Positions 1 through 11,160 of a DNA stretch of 64,000 nucleotides are shown here, in pieces; within the stretch, counting starts at the first letter, position 1, and the number at the start of each line of letters is the position of its first letter. Source of the DNA: a virus (lineage: Duplodnaviria > Caudoviricetes); the IMG/VR virus record IMGVR_UViG_2706796752_000001, positions 64,001 through 128,000 of that record; one strand, written 5' to 3'. Below the pieces are notes generated by a model. The model was not told the DNA's origin and searched no databases. It saw only the letters and a list, made by a program, of their open reading frames with translations. Position numbers and translations under genes: made by a program.

Positions 1-1
1 C

Positions 2-466
2 GAATTCTTCTTTCATAACTTTACGAATGATGAAAGTCACGTCGTAACACTAGCACCGGAAGGTATTACCATTTCACAGGATGCACAGTCACCATTACTA
101 TATCGATATAGTATGAAGTTCATAATCATACGAGCATCATCAGAACCAGCAGATGCTGATGTAGTAAATCCAGAGATTGGTAATAAATTCCCAACACTAC
201 CCGACTCCGGTAACTATCGACCATCTCCTAACTACCCCAAACTACCTACACCTTTCCCTAATGGAGAGACAAGTGTCCCTATCCCAACTAGACCGTCTGG
301 TGATGGCTCTGTAGGAGATGACGTATATAATAAAGGTAACGGAGGAAGTTACAATCCAAAGAACGATAATGCAACAGTAAACCCGCAGATATCAAACGGT
401 GGTGCGTATAACTATGGTACGACTGGACTTGGATACAGTATAGGGTATTACGGAAGGTGGAGTTAA
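2..466 (+). CDS. 5'-truncated baseplate/tail structural protein
   Basis: Frame is open from base 2 (EFFFHNFTNDESHVVTLAPEGITISQDAQSPLLYRYSMKF...), so the ORF-track start at 113 is internal. Lies at the head of the baseplate cluster. Confidence 0.7.
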   Translation, partial: EFFFHNFTNDESHVVTLAPEGITISQDAQSPLLYRYSMKFIIIRASSEPADADVVNPEIGNKFPTLPDSGNYRPSPNYPKLPTPFPNGETSVPIPTRPSGDGSVGDDVYNKGNGGSYNPKNDNATVNPQISNGGAYNYGTTGLGYSIGYYGRWS

Positions 467-467
467 T

Positions 468-1001
468 ATGAAAGAGGTACAATCTAAACCGGATGTGCTA
501 GTCACATTTTGTTCCGGAGTCTATCCGATGGAAAACGGTGTGATTCCATTCAACACAATGAACGATGCGCCAATGTTTAAATCTGAGTTGTACACGCCTA
601 CATTCGCGTTATCAGCTGTAGCAATGCTAGTACTGAAGAAGATTAGAGCTGAACAAATAGCAACGAATACGTTAGATGTGGATGAGAAGACAGTAGTAGC
701 ATTAACTAGGAGTTCCGATTTAGCTAGCACGAACTCTAAGATGTATACGCTAATCGTATCAACTGTGTTAGAAGCTTTTGCTATCCTTTACACACTAGAG
801 AGTGAATCTTCTGATATTTCATACTTGACACGAAAAGATTTTATGCGAGTTAGAGAGAATGTAAACTACATCACAGACTATCTATCTACTGAACGTAAGT
901 ATCGCCACATGATTGAGGCATTTAGAGGATTTGAACTATCGTTTGGTTATATGGAGAATCAAGTAGAATCAATGACAACATTCGGATTGGAGGTGCGATA
1001 A
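468..1001 (+). CDS. conserved virion/baseplate protein (177 aa)
   Basis: RBS GGAG upstream; position directly before the gp25-like gene matches the Herelleviridae tail module. Confidence 0.6.
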   Translation: MKEVQSKPDVLVTFCSGVYPMENGVIPFNTMNDAPMFKSELYTPTFALSAVAMLVLKKIRAEQIATNTLDVDEKTVVALTRSSDLASTNSKMYTLIVSTVLEAFAILYTLESESSDISYLTRKDFMRVRENVNYITDYLSTERKYRHMIEAFRGFELSFGYMENQVESMTTFGLEVR

Positions 1002-1754
1002 TTGGCACAGTATATCGAAAAGATAATTGCAAGCGGTGATACTCTACAATCTATCGCACAACACAAACTAGGTGATGCACAAAGATGGAGAGAGCTAGCC
1101 GAATTTAATAAACTCAGATATCCGTACATAGTAAATACGGTGGCTGAGAAAATGAAGAATCCAGAACATTTACTAACTGTAGGTGACACATTAACATTTG
1201 CAGTTAATGATGAAAACAGAGCTACAGTATTAACATCTATGAGATACAGCGATAAATTTAACGCAACTAACATTTACGATATCACATTAGGTATGGACAT
1301 CGATGTTTTACCAGCACTAGATGATAACGGGGCTGCTGGGTTTGACGGGGAGATATTAGGGTTTAACGGAAATGGATGGGACGTAAGTCATCCTGCTAGT
1401 ACAAGCTACAAGAAAGACTTAAAGATTTGTAGAGGTATTGAGAATCTAAAACAATCTTTACTAATACGATTATTGACACCTAAGGGTAGCTATCTAAATC
1501 ACCCTAACTATGGTTCCGTGTTAGCAGATATCATGGGGAGTAAAAAAACCGAAGAAGTTGCATTGCGTGCGGTTAATGAGATAGAACGTTGTATTCGTAC
1601 TGATGGAAGGGTAAAGCATGTAGAGCGAGGTGCTAACAGTTTTGATAGTAACACACTTACAGTAGAAATGTCAATATACACAATTACGACAGAGGAAGCT
1701 TTTACCTTCGCCGTAAGTGCTAACACTAGTGGTATCATATCACTATTAAACTAG
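1002..1754 (+). CDS. baseplate wedge protein, N-terminal LysM plus GPW/gp25-like domain
   Basis: IASGDTLQSIAQHKLGDAQRWRELAEFN is a LysM pattern; NLKQSLLIRLLTPKGSYLNHPNYGS...DGRV is a gp25 pattern; TTG start after GGAGGTG. Confidence 0.85.
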   Translation: MAQYIEKIIASGDTLQSIAQHKLGDAQRWRELAEFNKLRYPYIVNTVAEKMKNPEHLLTVGDTLTFAVNDENRATVLTSMRYSDKFNATNIYDITLGMDIDVLPALDDNGAAGFDGEILGFNGNGWDVSHPASTSYKKDLKICRGIENLKQSLLIRLLTPKGSYLNHPNYGSVLADIMGSKKTEEVALRAVNEIERCIRTDGRVKHVERGANSFDSNTLTVEMSIYTITTEEAFTFAVSANTSGIISLLN

Positions 1755-1763
1755 GAGGTCAAC

Positions 1764-2810
1764 ATGAAATTTAAAAGTATGAGTCAAATTTATAGAAAGA
1801 TGGTCGACAAGACTTTAACATCTACCGATAAGATAAATGACTTCTCAGTCGGTTCTGCAATTAGAGCTATCTACGAAGCCGTTGCAACGGAGTTAGAGGC
1901 GTTCTATGTAATGACAGAGGAGAATCTATTAGAAGCTATCTCTAAGGGCGTATACAGCTCTTTCGGGTTCGAACGTAAGCTACCACAGAAAGCATACACG
2001 CCGATTACGATTACCCTTAACAACCCGACACAAGTAATCCAGCCGATACCTCGAGGTACAAGATTCACATCTAGTTATCCAGAGTATGCAAATATATATG
2101 AGACTCTAGAAGACTACTACATTCCTCAAGGAGCTGTTACAGCTGTCGTGCAAGTATTCTGCACACAATCCGGAACAATCGGTAACGTACCAGCTAATGC
2201 GATTGATATCATGGTTACACCTATCACGAATATAAAATCGTCTACGAATAAATCAGCAGTACAGACTGGTCAAGATGAGGAGCCATTAGAACTACTACGT
2301 TCTCGTTTCCGTCAATATATTGAGTCATTAAGTAAAGCTACGAAACCAGCGTTAGAGTACGGAACACGATTAGTACCAGCAGTATCTGGAGTGTACATCG
2401 AAGAGTTAACAGGTAAGGTTAACGTATACGCGCATGATAACAATGGTGACCTTCCCGATAACGTTAAGATAGCTATTGAAAAATCTCTAGAAAACTATCG
2501 AGCAGCAGGTATTCGAGTAGATGTAAAACCTGTAACACGATTAGCCGTAGATGTTGATGTGGACGTAATCATCGAACCAAAAGCAGCTATCACTGACGCT
2601 CTAAATACCCGTATCAGATTCGCTATTGAAAACTATCTAAATGGTATGCAGGTGTCCCAAGACCTTATCATGACAGACTTATCTTGTATAATTAAAGATG
2701 TAGATAAAAGATTAGTTTACGATATCATATACAAGAAGCCACCTTCCAATCTATTAACAAAAGGTAGCGAGATAATCCGAGCAGGTACAGTCAAAGTAAA
2801 CTTAAAATAG
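1764..2810 (+). CDS. baseplate J/gp47-like protein
   Basis: DFSVGSAIRAIYEAVA, IPRGTRF, GTIGNVPAN and GQDEEPLELLRSR motifs; 348 aa. Confidence 0.9.
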   Translation: MKFKSMSQIYRKMVDKTLTSTDKINDFSVGSAIRAIYEAVATELEAFYVMTEENLLEAISKGVYSSFGFERKLPQKAYTPITITLNNPTQVIQPIPRGTRFTSSYPEYANIYETLEDYYIPQGAVTAVVQVFCTQSGTIGNVPANAIDIMVTPITNIKSSTNKSAVQTGQDEEPLELLRSRFRQYIESLSKATKPALEYGTRLVPAVSGVYIEELTGKVNVYAHDNNGDLPDNVKIAIEKSLENYRAAGIRVDVKPVTRLAVDVDVDVIIEPKAAITDALNTRIRFAIENYLNGMQVSQDLIMTDLSCIIKDVDKRLVYDIIYKKPPSNLLTKGSEIIRAGTVKVNLK

Positions 2811-2820
2811 GAGGGCATAT

Positions 2821-5800
2821 ATGAGTTTTATTAAATATTTACATCCACTTTGGAAATCAATGTTAGGTAAAGTTAACGACAGCCACACAGCTGTCGTTAC
2901 TTCTATAGAGGACGCTTTTACAGATGCAGAGAAAGACGCTATGTCATTAATCACAGACGCGAACCTAGAAACTGCTACAGGGGAATGGTTAGATGAGTAC
3001 GGAGATATCTTCGGTGTGTTCCGTAAGGACAATGAAGTAGACGAGGATTATCGCCGCCGTATCATCAACTGGATTCTAACAGAGCGCGGAACAATCGGCT
3101 CAATTAAAGATGCTATCGAGAAATGGTTAGATGACCCAGAAGCAGATGTGGAAATCTATGAACCATTCAAGAACGTATTCTTTTTAAACAAGTCGAAGTT
3201 AAATGGTCCTGACCACTTACTAGGTCGTTACTACACATCCGCTGTTATCGATGTGCGATTCACTAAGCACGTACCAATTGAAATCATCGATGAAATTCGT
3301 AAGTTTAAAGCAGCAGGTATTACAGCTAAGCTAACGCGAATCCCTAACCGTAAACGTTCCGACTATTCAATTCAAGAAGCTAAGATTCTTAGAAGCCGCA
3401 ACTACGCTACGAAATCAAACATCTGGTTAGAGATGTGGAGACCAGCGGGTATTGGTATGGTACCATCTTCGTCAGAGAAGACAACGTTAATGAACCCAAG
3501 AAACGTGTTTACGAATACTAATACGTTACAAAGTACTACAACTGCATTCCCTGCTGATGTTGCTACTAAAACTATCTCTCGTACACATTCTAGTTTAACA
3601 GCTAACCCTGCATCTGAGCAGATTGAGTTACCTGTAGAAACTGCTAAGCTAATTAACAAGCGTCGTATTAAAATGCGACTTAACCTTATGAAAGACATTA
3701 CACAGATAAAAACTGACGGGGATGGTAGTACGCAATACTGGATTGGCATGGAACTTCGAGTTAAGTATACAACAGGAGTTGACATGTGGTACCAGTGTCG
3801 TGAGTTACCTACTAATAGTCCTAAATACGGTGTAGGTAAAATCGACCCGATTCCAGACTTTAATTACTCGGACGTAGTCCTAGAGTCTGATTACACCATT
3901 GACCCTAATAGAACTGTAGATAAGGTTTGGATTAACTTTATTACACGAGGTCTTATTGGGACAGTAACACTAAAAGGAGCTAGATTAGACGTATATGATG
4001 AGGTTCCAACTGCGTTAAATGCCAATAACTTTACAAACCTTCCAGCTCAATCAGTAAGTTACCCATTATCTGGTGTACCTGTTACAGACATTATAGGAGG
4101 TACTAATTTACTTGTACCTAAGTCACCTATCTCATATACCGTTACGGGTCTTGCTAACCAGACGACAGTAGCGACTACTTTCGTTGCAGGTTCATCAGCA
4201 GATGCAGACGACAACACGGTAACTATAGCATATGATTACGAGTTTATACCTAAAGACCCGAATGCTGAAATAGATTCAAGAGCGTCGATTAGACTTCAAG
4301 GAACTAACCCGTATCCATTATTCTCTAGTACAGCTATTAGCAAGAATAACCTAAAAGGTAGAGTTACAAAGAAAATCTATCTACCTCTTTCTTACGTACC
4401 TTTTAATGGTATTGGTGTTCGTTCTGACTACTTGGATGGGACAGTAACAATTACTAACTTGAAGGTAGTTAAGGGTGATTATTGGGCGCTAAATAATGCA
4501 GACTGGTATAAGCAGCCAGATTTAGATAAGTTAAAGACAGCAGATGGTGTAGAGTTAATCACACCTTCTAGTAGTACACTTTTATCTTTCCCGTCACAAA
4601 TCATGCAATTTGATATTTTCAAAGTGTTCACGGATAGATATGGTTCTAACTTCTTTAACAACAAACCTACTGTAAAAGAAAAGCAAGAGTATATTCGTGG
4701 TTTTATCCGAAACCTAAGAGTATCAGTAAAGATATCATCTACAGCAAATGAGAGTAACCGCATGTACTTTAGTTCACGTAGGTGGGACGCTTTAAGTAAT
4801 GATTGGGACCAGAAAGATACGATTATCATTTCTTCTCAGACAGGATTGATAAATGATGCAATTGTGTTAACTCCAGATAACGTAGAAAAATACATTTGTC
4901 AAGATGGGTATGTGTATATCGCAGTAACAGGTGTTCCACACACAGCTACAGATGTAAAAACAGAGTTGAAGACAGACCTATTCACGACACGTGTTGAGTT
5001 CAAAAGAGGTACAACAATATTCACTACATCTGGATTCGCTACTACACCTACTCCTGATGATGTATCTTGGAATCCGCTACCTTCTTCCGATTATGATAAG
5101 TTGCAGACTAACAGTGACACGACTTACATCTCTGTTGAGCAAGATGTAACCAAGCCAACACAGTCACCGTTTATCATGGCATCGTACTACCTTCCGGACG
5201 TTATCGAAAAGTCGATAGGTGCACATATCTTTAGAGGTGTAGATGACCACCAAGGTCGAGTACAGATATCGAAGAACCTTCTATCTGATTTAGCCTTTAG
5301 AATGATTGCCCGTGGTGTACTAACTACAGGCGGCACTACTTCTTCCGGATTTGAGATGTCGTATTATAACGTAGGACAAAAGAGATGGGTTCCACTGAAG
5401 ACAATGAATACAGATAACACGCTAAACTTTGTCAACGCTGATTACAGAATAGACGTTCCGGTAGAATGGAGAAACTCTATTGTCGACGAGAATGGTTATA
5501 TCAATCTAGCATTACGCGGACGTAACACCGACGCAACTACAACAAGAGCTGCAATCGAGTTAACGTACAGTGAACTACGTGTTGGTCTATCTTTACCTAA
5601 TCCAAGTTCGGTACCAAAAGGCGAGAACAGAAACTTACTGTTATGGACAAAAGATTGGGGTAAAGCATATGGTGCAGCAGAACCTAATAAAGGACTAAAC
5701 ATATGGCAGAGTAACTCTACGGTTATTACTAACGAAACTTACAATGGTGGGTTAATAGCCGAGACTAGTGTTAACTGGGGGTCATTACGATACAAGACAT

Positions 5801-7527
5801 TCACGTTAAACGACAGAGATGTAGTCAAAGTAGGAGATAAGGTAATACTGAGCGCAGACGTTCGTATGTTAGGTCTTTCTTCTACCGATTCCAAAGATGT
5901 ACAGCTTTTCTGGGAATATGCACCTAACAACAGTGTGACAGTAGCCAAAGCAACAAACCAATGGCAACGTATCTACGTAGAAACAACGTTCACAGCAGGA
6001 ATGTTAACAGAAGCATCTAGAGCTAGATTTGAGGCTCCATCAATACCTGCCGGATGTAAGTTCCAGTTCGCGAACTACATGCTCATTAAGAAGCCGGAAG
6101 TAAACTTAAATCCGCCTTATGAACAAGCTCCGGAAGAGTACCTAGTAAGCAAGTACACGATGAACCAGAACGCATCGTATACAGTATCACCTGACATCAA
6201 GGCGCATCTAGGTAAGCCAATAACAATCGCAGTAGATGTTGAACTAGTTAACGCTAAGCCTATCAATCTCGGTAATGGTTCTAACCGAGTAGGTACCGAG
6301 ATTCAAGCTGCATTTACCGAAGGTCCGAACCAGTATTACGGTGCGTGGCAACGTACAGACAACGTGACCAACTTCAAAGGAAGAATATACAACTGGGTCA
6401 TCTTAACCCCGTCAGTGTATAAAGCGTTGACAGCTGGTATATACATCCAATGTTTCGGTGATTACGTATATGTCGGTTACCCATCTATCTACGCTGGTCA
6501 AGATATTAAAGACCCTTGGAAACCAGCACCAGAAGATATAGGCGCACCAAGTCATCTATACGATACTCAAGAGCTCATTACGTATCTAGCTAATAACAAG
6601 GACCGCACATATTATACATTAGTAGATAATGATATAATAGGTTATAAGCGAATGGAGAAGATTATACCAGTAGCTAAAGTTAATCCTAATTCACCTAAGC
6701 CATTCCCGAAAATTAAGTTCGCTGATAAAGAGTGGTATATGATTCCTCAAGATAAGATAAATGCAGAGGGGGCTGACCACATCTATTACTCAGCTAACAT
6801 AAAAGGTGGAATGCTAGACAACAAGGGTTATCGCGGAGTGTACATTAGCGAGTTCGGCAACGTTAGTCCAGAAGGCGGATTCCAAGATGTAATGACTCCA
6901 GAACAGCTATCTAAGTTTACTCCAGCGAATAGAATCGCAGAGTATCTACCATCGTACAACAAGAACAAGGTAATCAATAGTAACGTAGATACTAACTTCC
7001 CATATGGAGACAGCGAAGTGTTCACATTGTTCAACATGCCACGTCAGTCTCGAGTTACGAAGTGTACGTATACACAAGCACAAGGATACGGAGAGCTTAA
7101 GTGTATCGAACCAAGAGATGCATTCCTTCAGCTAGGGTCGTACAACGAGGTATGGACAGATATCAAAGGTGGAGACGACGTAACAATCTCTGTTGATATG
7201 AGAACAGATGACGACGACGTTCAAATGTACCTTAGAATGTTCTTCTGGGTTAATGGCTATTACGAGAAGAACAGCCCTCTTTATAACATAACTAAAGAGT
7301 GGAAAAGATACACGTTCAAGACACAAGCTAACGCAAACGCAACAGGGACAATGGGACGCATACGATTTGTTGATACTCCTACGAATCTTAACAAGACAGT
7401 TCAGTTAAGAAACATCATGATTAATAAGGGTGTCGATATCCCCTATATTGAAGGTAACAACAAACAAGAACGCATAGACGAGTTAGATATCATCCATGAA
7501 TCTATGATAAAAATAACGAAAGAATAG
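2821..7527 (+). CDS. large baseplate wedge/tail-associated protein with multiple carbohydrate-binding-like beta modules (1568 aa)
   Basis: N-terminal LETATGEWLDEYGDIFGVFRKDNEVDEDYRRRI (baseplate wedge, gpI-like); repeated RNLL.../WKPAPED/YEQAPEE module boundaries. Confidence 0.8.
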   Translation: MSFIKYLHPLWKSMLGKVNDSHTAVVTSIEDAFTDAEKDAMSLITDANLETATGEWLDEYGDIFGVFRKDNEVDEDYRRRIINWILTERGTIGSIKDAIEKWLDDPEADVEIYEPFKNVFFLNKSKLNGPDHLLGRYYTSAVIDVRFTKHVPIEIIDEIRKFKAAGITAKLTRIPNRKRSDYSIQEAKILRSRNYATKSNIWLEMWRPAGIGMVPSSSEKTTLMNPRNVFTNTNTLQSTTTAFPADVATKTISRTHSSLTANPASEQIELPVETAKLINKRRIKMRLNLMKDITQIKTDGDGSTQYWIGMELRVKYTTGVDMWYQCRELPTNSPKYGVGKIDPIPDFNYSDVVLESDYTIDPNRTVDKVWINFITRGLIGTVTLKGARLDVYDEVPTALNANNFTNLPAQSVSYPLSGVPVTDIIGGTNLLVPKSPISYTVTGLANQTTVATTFVAGSSADADDNTVTIAYDYEFIPKDPNAEIDSRASIRLQGTNPYPLFSSTAISKNNLKGRVTKKIYLPLSYVPFNGIGVRSDYLDGTVTITNLKVVKGDYWALNNADWYKQPDLDKLKTADGVELITPSSSTLLSFPSQIMQFDIFKVFTDRYGSNFFNNKPTVKEKQEYIRGFIRNLRVSVKISSTANESNRMYFSSRRWDALSNDWDQKDTIIISSQTGLINDAIVLTPDNVEKYICQDGYVYIAVTGVPHTATDVKTELKTDLFTTRVEFKRGTTIFTTSGFATTPTPDDVSWNPLPSSDYDKLQTNSDTTYISVEQDVTKPTQSPFIMASYYLPDVIEKSIGAHIFRGVDDHQGRVQISKNLLSDLAFRMIARGVLTTGGTTSSGFEMSYYNVGQKRWVPLKTMNTDNTLNFVNADYRIDVPVEWRNSIVDENGYINLALRGRNTDATTTRAAIELTYSELRVGLSLPNPSSVPKGENRNLLLWTKDWGKAYGAAEPNKGLNIWQSNSTVITNETYNGGLIAETSVNWGSLRYKTFTLNDRDVVKVGDKVILSADVRMLGLSSTDSKDVQLFWEYAPNNSVTVAKATNQWQRIYVETTFTAGMLTEASRARFEAPSIPAGCKFQFANYMLIKKPEVNLNPPYEQAPEEYLVSKYTMNQNASYTVSPDIKAHLGKPITIAVDVELVNAKPINLGNGSNRVGTEIQAAFTEGPNQYYGAWQRTDNVTNFKGRIYNWVILTPSVYKALTAGIYIQCFGDYVYVGYPSIYAGQDIKDPWKPAPEDIGAPSHLYDTQELITYLANNKDRTYYTLVDNDIIGYKRMEKIIPVAKVNPNSPKPFPKIKFADKEWYMIPQDKINAEGADHIYYSANIKGGMLDNKGYRGVYISEFGNVSPEGGFQDVMTPEQLSKFTPANRIAEYLPSYNKNKVINSNVDTNFPYGDSEVFTLFNMPRQSRVTKCTYTQAQGYGELKCIEPRDAFLQLGSYNEVWTDIKGGDDVTISVDMRTDDDDVQMYLRMFFWVNGYYEKNSPLYNITKEWKRYTFKTQANANATGTMGRIRFVDTPTNLNKTVQLRNIMINKGVDIPYIEGNNKQERIDELDIIHESMIKITKE

Positions 7528-7538
7528 GAGATTGACAT

Positions 7539-10500
7539 ATGCCTCAAAACATTTACAGAGATAAGCCTTACTATGATAGATTCGATGCCACTAAGAACAG
7601 GACTCAGGTCCTGTTCCAAGGTGACAAAGCCTTACAACAATCTGAGTTAAATGAGCTGCAATCCATCCAGAATCACTATTTAGGTACTCTCGGCGATAGC
7701 ATCTTTAAAGATGGCTCCATCCAAGATGACATGAACTTCCAATTCCTACGTGCAACAACTGACCCTGCATCAGCAATTACGGGTATTAAAGTCCGTAAAG
7801 GTAAGTTATATCTTGCAGGTAAGATTAGAACATTCGAAGAACAGGAGTTAAAAACGTTCACAGGTAAAGGTCACGAAGAAATCGGTGTTAAGTTAACATC
7901 TAGAATCATTACCGCAGCAATGGACCCATCATTACTAGACCTGACACAAGATGTAGAGAACTACCTATCGGAAGGTGCTGATAGACTAGAAGAGAAAGTA
8001 GAGCTTACGTATAATGACCCTAACGCAACTACAATCTATGTATTTGACGATGGTCAGCTATTCACAAAAGCTGTTACACCAGATTCCGATTTAGTCAATA
8101 AGGCAATTGCTACATTCGATAGTGAGACGCTTGGTTCATATCAGATTAACGGATTCGAAATGTACATCAAAGAAGAGCCAGCGAATAGCTCACGTAACTA
8201 TATCACTCTAGTAGTAGATAAAGGTGTGGCTCACGTTAATGGTTGGCGTGTAGAGAAACCATCTACTACTCTTATACAAATACCAAAAGAGCGACACACG
8301 ACAGCTATTACCAACTCTACTTATACAACACAACCGAATAAGCCAATAACATTAAACAGCATGTTTGTCAACAAGATAAACTTCATGTCATCTCAATACC
8401 AGAGTCCATTACAGGCTATGACAAGGGCTTCTACAGGTGATGATGATGCACTACCAAACCAATACACGAATATCAAAGGTGAAGGTTCTATTGTAAAAAC
8501 AAATACAGTAACCTATAAGCATAACCAAGATTACTACTTCGTTACTCGTGGTGGTATCTCATATATCCACTGGGTTGTAGCGGGAGAAGTAGTTGACGGA
8601 AAAACAATCGCAGACCCTAAACGACCAACAGCAGGTACCGCTTACACAGCAAGTTTCACATACGATAAAATTCTTGCAGATAAGATAGACTACACACAAG
8701 CGTACAAGGCTAATGCGAATGGTATCGGCGGAACAACAACTATCACGTTCATCAAAGAACAACCAATTGCAAATGCTATCACTCGTGTCGATTTCGAGAT
8801 AACATTATCTAGGGAAGATATCGTAGCATTAGACGCAAAAGGGAATGTACATGTTCACCAAGGGGAACCAGCTGAAGAAGGACAAGCGACAATCCCTCGT
8901 AACTTGGACCCGTTATCACTAAAGCTAGGTAACATCCATATTTACCCAGACTCGGAGAAAGCAGTAGTTAAGAACACAGCAGTAACGCGACTACGCTTTG
9001 AAGACTTACAGTTAATGAAAGCTAGACTAGAGCATGTAGAGGCAAACCAAGCAGTCCTAGCGCTAGAACGTGTAGCACAAAAAGGACAAGAGCCACTAAG
9101 ACTACGTGGAATATTCGTAGACCCATTTACAGACTTCTCTCGTATCGATAAAGACCTGACGGATGTATCTTACAGCTTTGATGATGCGCATATTACAATC
9201 CCTACCGAAACGCCGGATGACAAAAAGATTCGACCTAGTTTCCTAGAGAACGAGTCTAATGCTAAAGCGTGGGGCGCTAATGGTCGTATCATTACTGCAC
9301 CGTTTAAAGAGACAGCAGAAATTGTTCAGAACATTGCGACTAGTCCTATGAACGTCAACCCATATCAAGTATTCCAAGCAAACGGTACAATTGCATTAAC
9401 TCCGTCTGCTGATAACTGGATTGACGAATCTCGTGTTACGTTGTATAATGAAGAATTTACAACTACGAACATAAACCGTTGGTGGGCTCACCAAGGAGAC
9501 GGGGAGTTCGGACAGTTAAATGACTACAACCAGTGGTTAGTAGATAACACAAACTTACTAGGAGGCGCGCAGTGGAACGAGGCATCTCTTGGTTGGTCTA
9601 AGACAGATAAGGCAGAAGGTGAAATGTGGAGTTCAGCTCAAACGACTCGTAGTGAGATGATTGAGTACATGCGTCAGATTGATGTTAAGTTTAGAGCAGA
9701 TGGATTCGCACCATTAACCTCTGACTACTACATCATGTTCGATGGTGTGAGAGCAGCAGTAACTCCAGATACAGGACACACTGGTGGTATGGCAGGTACA
9801 GCTCGAGCAGATGCTGAAGGTGTTATCCGTGGAACATTTAAGATTCCACAAAACATCCGTACTGGTACTCGTGAGGTAGTAATTACGAATGCTAAAGGTG
9901 ACCCGAATAAACCAATTGGTGATGGACGAGCTATCACAACATTCTCCGCACAAGGTACAGCTAAGATTACAACTGATACGATTACACGTACTCACGTAAC
10001 GTTCCAGTTATATGACCCATTAGCACAATCGTTCGTATTCCCAGCTGCACGTGTTGTATCATCTATCGGCGTTTACTTCGCAACAAAAGATGACAAGCTA
10101 CCTATCATCATGCAGATTCGCGGACTATCGGATGGCGGTAACCCGAACAGAACAGTTTACGCAGAGCGTGTACTAAAACCAAACCAGATTAACGTATCAT
10201 CTACTGGTCTAGTAGAAACAAAGATTGCACTAGATGACCCATTAATGGTTGAAGCTGGAGTTAACTACTGTGTGGTATTCATTACAGATAGTGCGAACTA
10301 CAACATGTGGACAGCTACAATGGGTGAAACAAACATTGCAGATGGAACTGTCGTAACATCTCAACCATACGTTAACGGCGTACTATTCAGTTCTTCTAAC
10401 GCAGTATCTTGGTCAGTTCACCAATCAACAGACTTGAAGTTCAAGGTTTACTCAGCAGAGTTTAACTTAGATAAGGACCCTACAATTGAGTTTGATACGA

Positions 10501-11150
10501 TGCGTAATATTGACTCTAACGGTCTACTGTTAATGGCATCATATCTAACACCAGACAATACAGGTTGTAAGTGGGAAGTTAAGGTTCTACCATCCAACAG
10601 CTCAGGCAATATCAACAGCATGGAGTGGTTACCTCTAGCAAACTACGCGAGCCAACCTACACCGTTCCTAGTGAAAGAGGCGAAGTTACGAGCAACATTC
10701 AAGACAAATAGATATATCTCCCCAATGCTATCTATGGATGACTTACTATTTGTTAACTTCGTAAGTAAGCAGAAAGCTACGTATACATCTCTTAACACGG
10801 AACAACCGGAAGCTCCGTTCGATACACTGACTCTAGCATACAGTGCAAGTCTTCCATCGAACACGAAAGTTACTCCATACGTGCAGCTAGATAGTGCACT
10901 TAACGCAGATGGTTCGTTCAAGTGGATTCAAATCCCAGATACGTATCTCAAGGTGGAGCCAGATAACCAAGAGTTTAACAGATTTGTATACACTGTTAAT
11001 TTAGATACACAGTTAGATGGTAAACCAGAAAGCGATAAGAAAACGTACAAGGCAATCCGCTACAAACTAGAGTTGACTGCACCTAACCGACTAGTTCGAC
11101 CACGTGTTAAAAAGTTAACTGCTTCTGTAATCCAAAGAATAAGAGCATAG
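7539..11150 (+). CDS. adsorption-associated tail/baseplate protein (DUF4815-like, 1203 aa)
   Basis: PYYDRFD...LQQSELNELQS, EGADRL, GIFVDPF and YDPLAQSF motifs typical of this myophage protein. Confidence 0.85.
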   Translation: MPQNIYRDKPYYDRFDATKNRTQVLFQGDKALQQSELNELQSIQNHYLGTLGDSIFKDGSIQDDMNFQFLRATTDPASAITGIKVRKGKLYLAGKIRTFEEQELKTFTGKGHEEIGVKLTSRIITAAMDPSLLDLTQDVENYLSEGADRLEEKVELTYNDPNATTIYVFDDGQLFTKAVTPDSDLVNKAIATFDSETLGSYQINGFEMYIKEEPANSSRNYITLVVDKGVAHVNGWRVEKPSTTLIQIPKERHTTAITNSTYTTQPNKPITLNSMFVNKINFMSSQYQSPLQAMTRASTGDDDALPNQYTNIKGEGSIVKTNTVTYKHNQDYYFVTRGGISYIHWVVAGEVVDGKTIADPKRPTAGTAYTASFTYDKILADKIDYTQAYKANANGIGGTTTITFIKEQPIANAITRVDFEITLSREDIVALDAKGNVHVHQGEPAEEGQATIPRNLDPLSLKLGNIHIYPDSEKAVVKNTAVTRLRFEDLQLMKARLEHVEANQAVLALERVAQKGQEPLRLRGIFVDPFTDFSRIDKDLTDVSYSFDDAHITIPTETPDDKKIRPSFLENESNAKAWGANGRIITAPFKETAEIVQNIATSPMNVNPYQVFQANGTIALTPSADNWIDESRVTLYNEEFTTTNINRWWAHQGDGEFGQLNDYNQWLVDNTNLLGGAQWNEASLGWSKTDKAEGEMWSSAQTTRSEMIEYMRQIDVKFRADGFAPLTSDYYIMFDGVRAAVTPDTGHTGGMAGTARADAEGVIRGTFKIPQNIRTGTREVVITNAKGDPNKPIGDGRAITTFSAQGTAKITTDTITRTHVTFQLYDPLAQSFVFPAARVVSSIGVYFATKDDKLPIIMQIRGLSDGGNPNRTVYAERVLKPNQINVSSTGLVETKIALDDPLMVEAGVNYCVVFITDSANYNMWTATMGETNIADGTVVTSQPYVNGVLFSSSNAVSWSVHQSTDLKFKVYSAEFNLDKDPTIEFDTMRNIDSNGLLLMASYLTPDNTGCKWEVKVLPSNSSGNINSMEWLPLANYASQPTPFLVKEAKLRATFKTNRYISPMLSMDDLLFVNFVSKQKATYTSLNTEQPEAPFDTLTLAYSASLPSNTKVTPYVQLDSALNADGSFKWIQIPDTYLKVEPDNQEFNRFVYTVNLDTQLDGKPESDKKTYKAIRYKLELTAPNRLVRPRVKKLTASVIQRIRA

Positions 11151-11160
11151 GAGGAATAAC

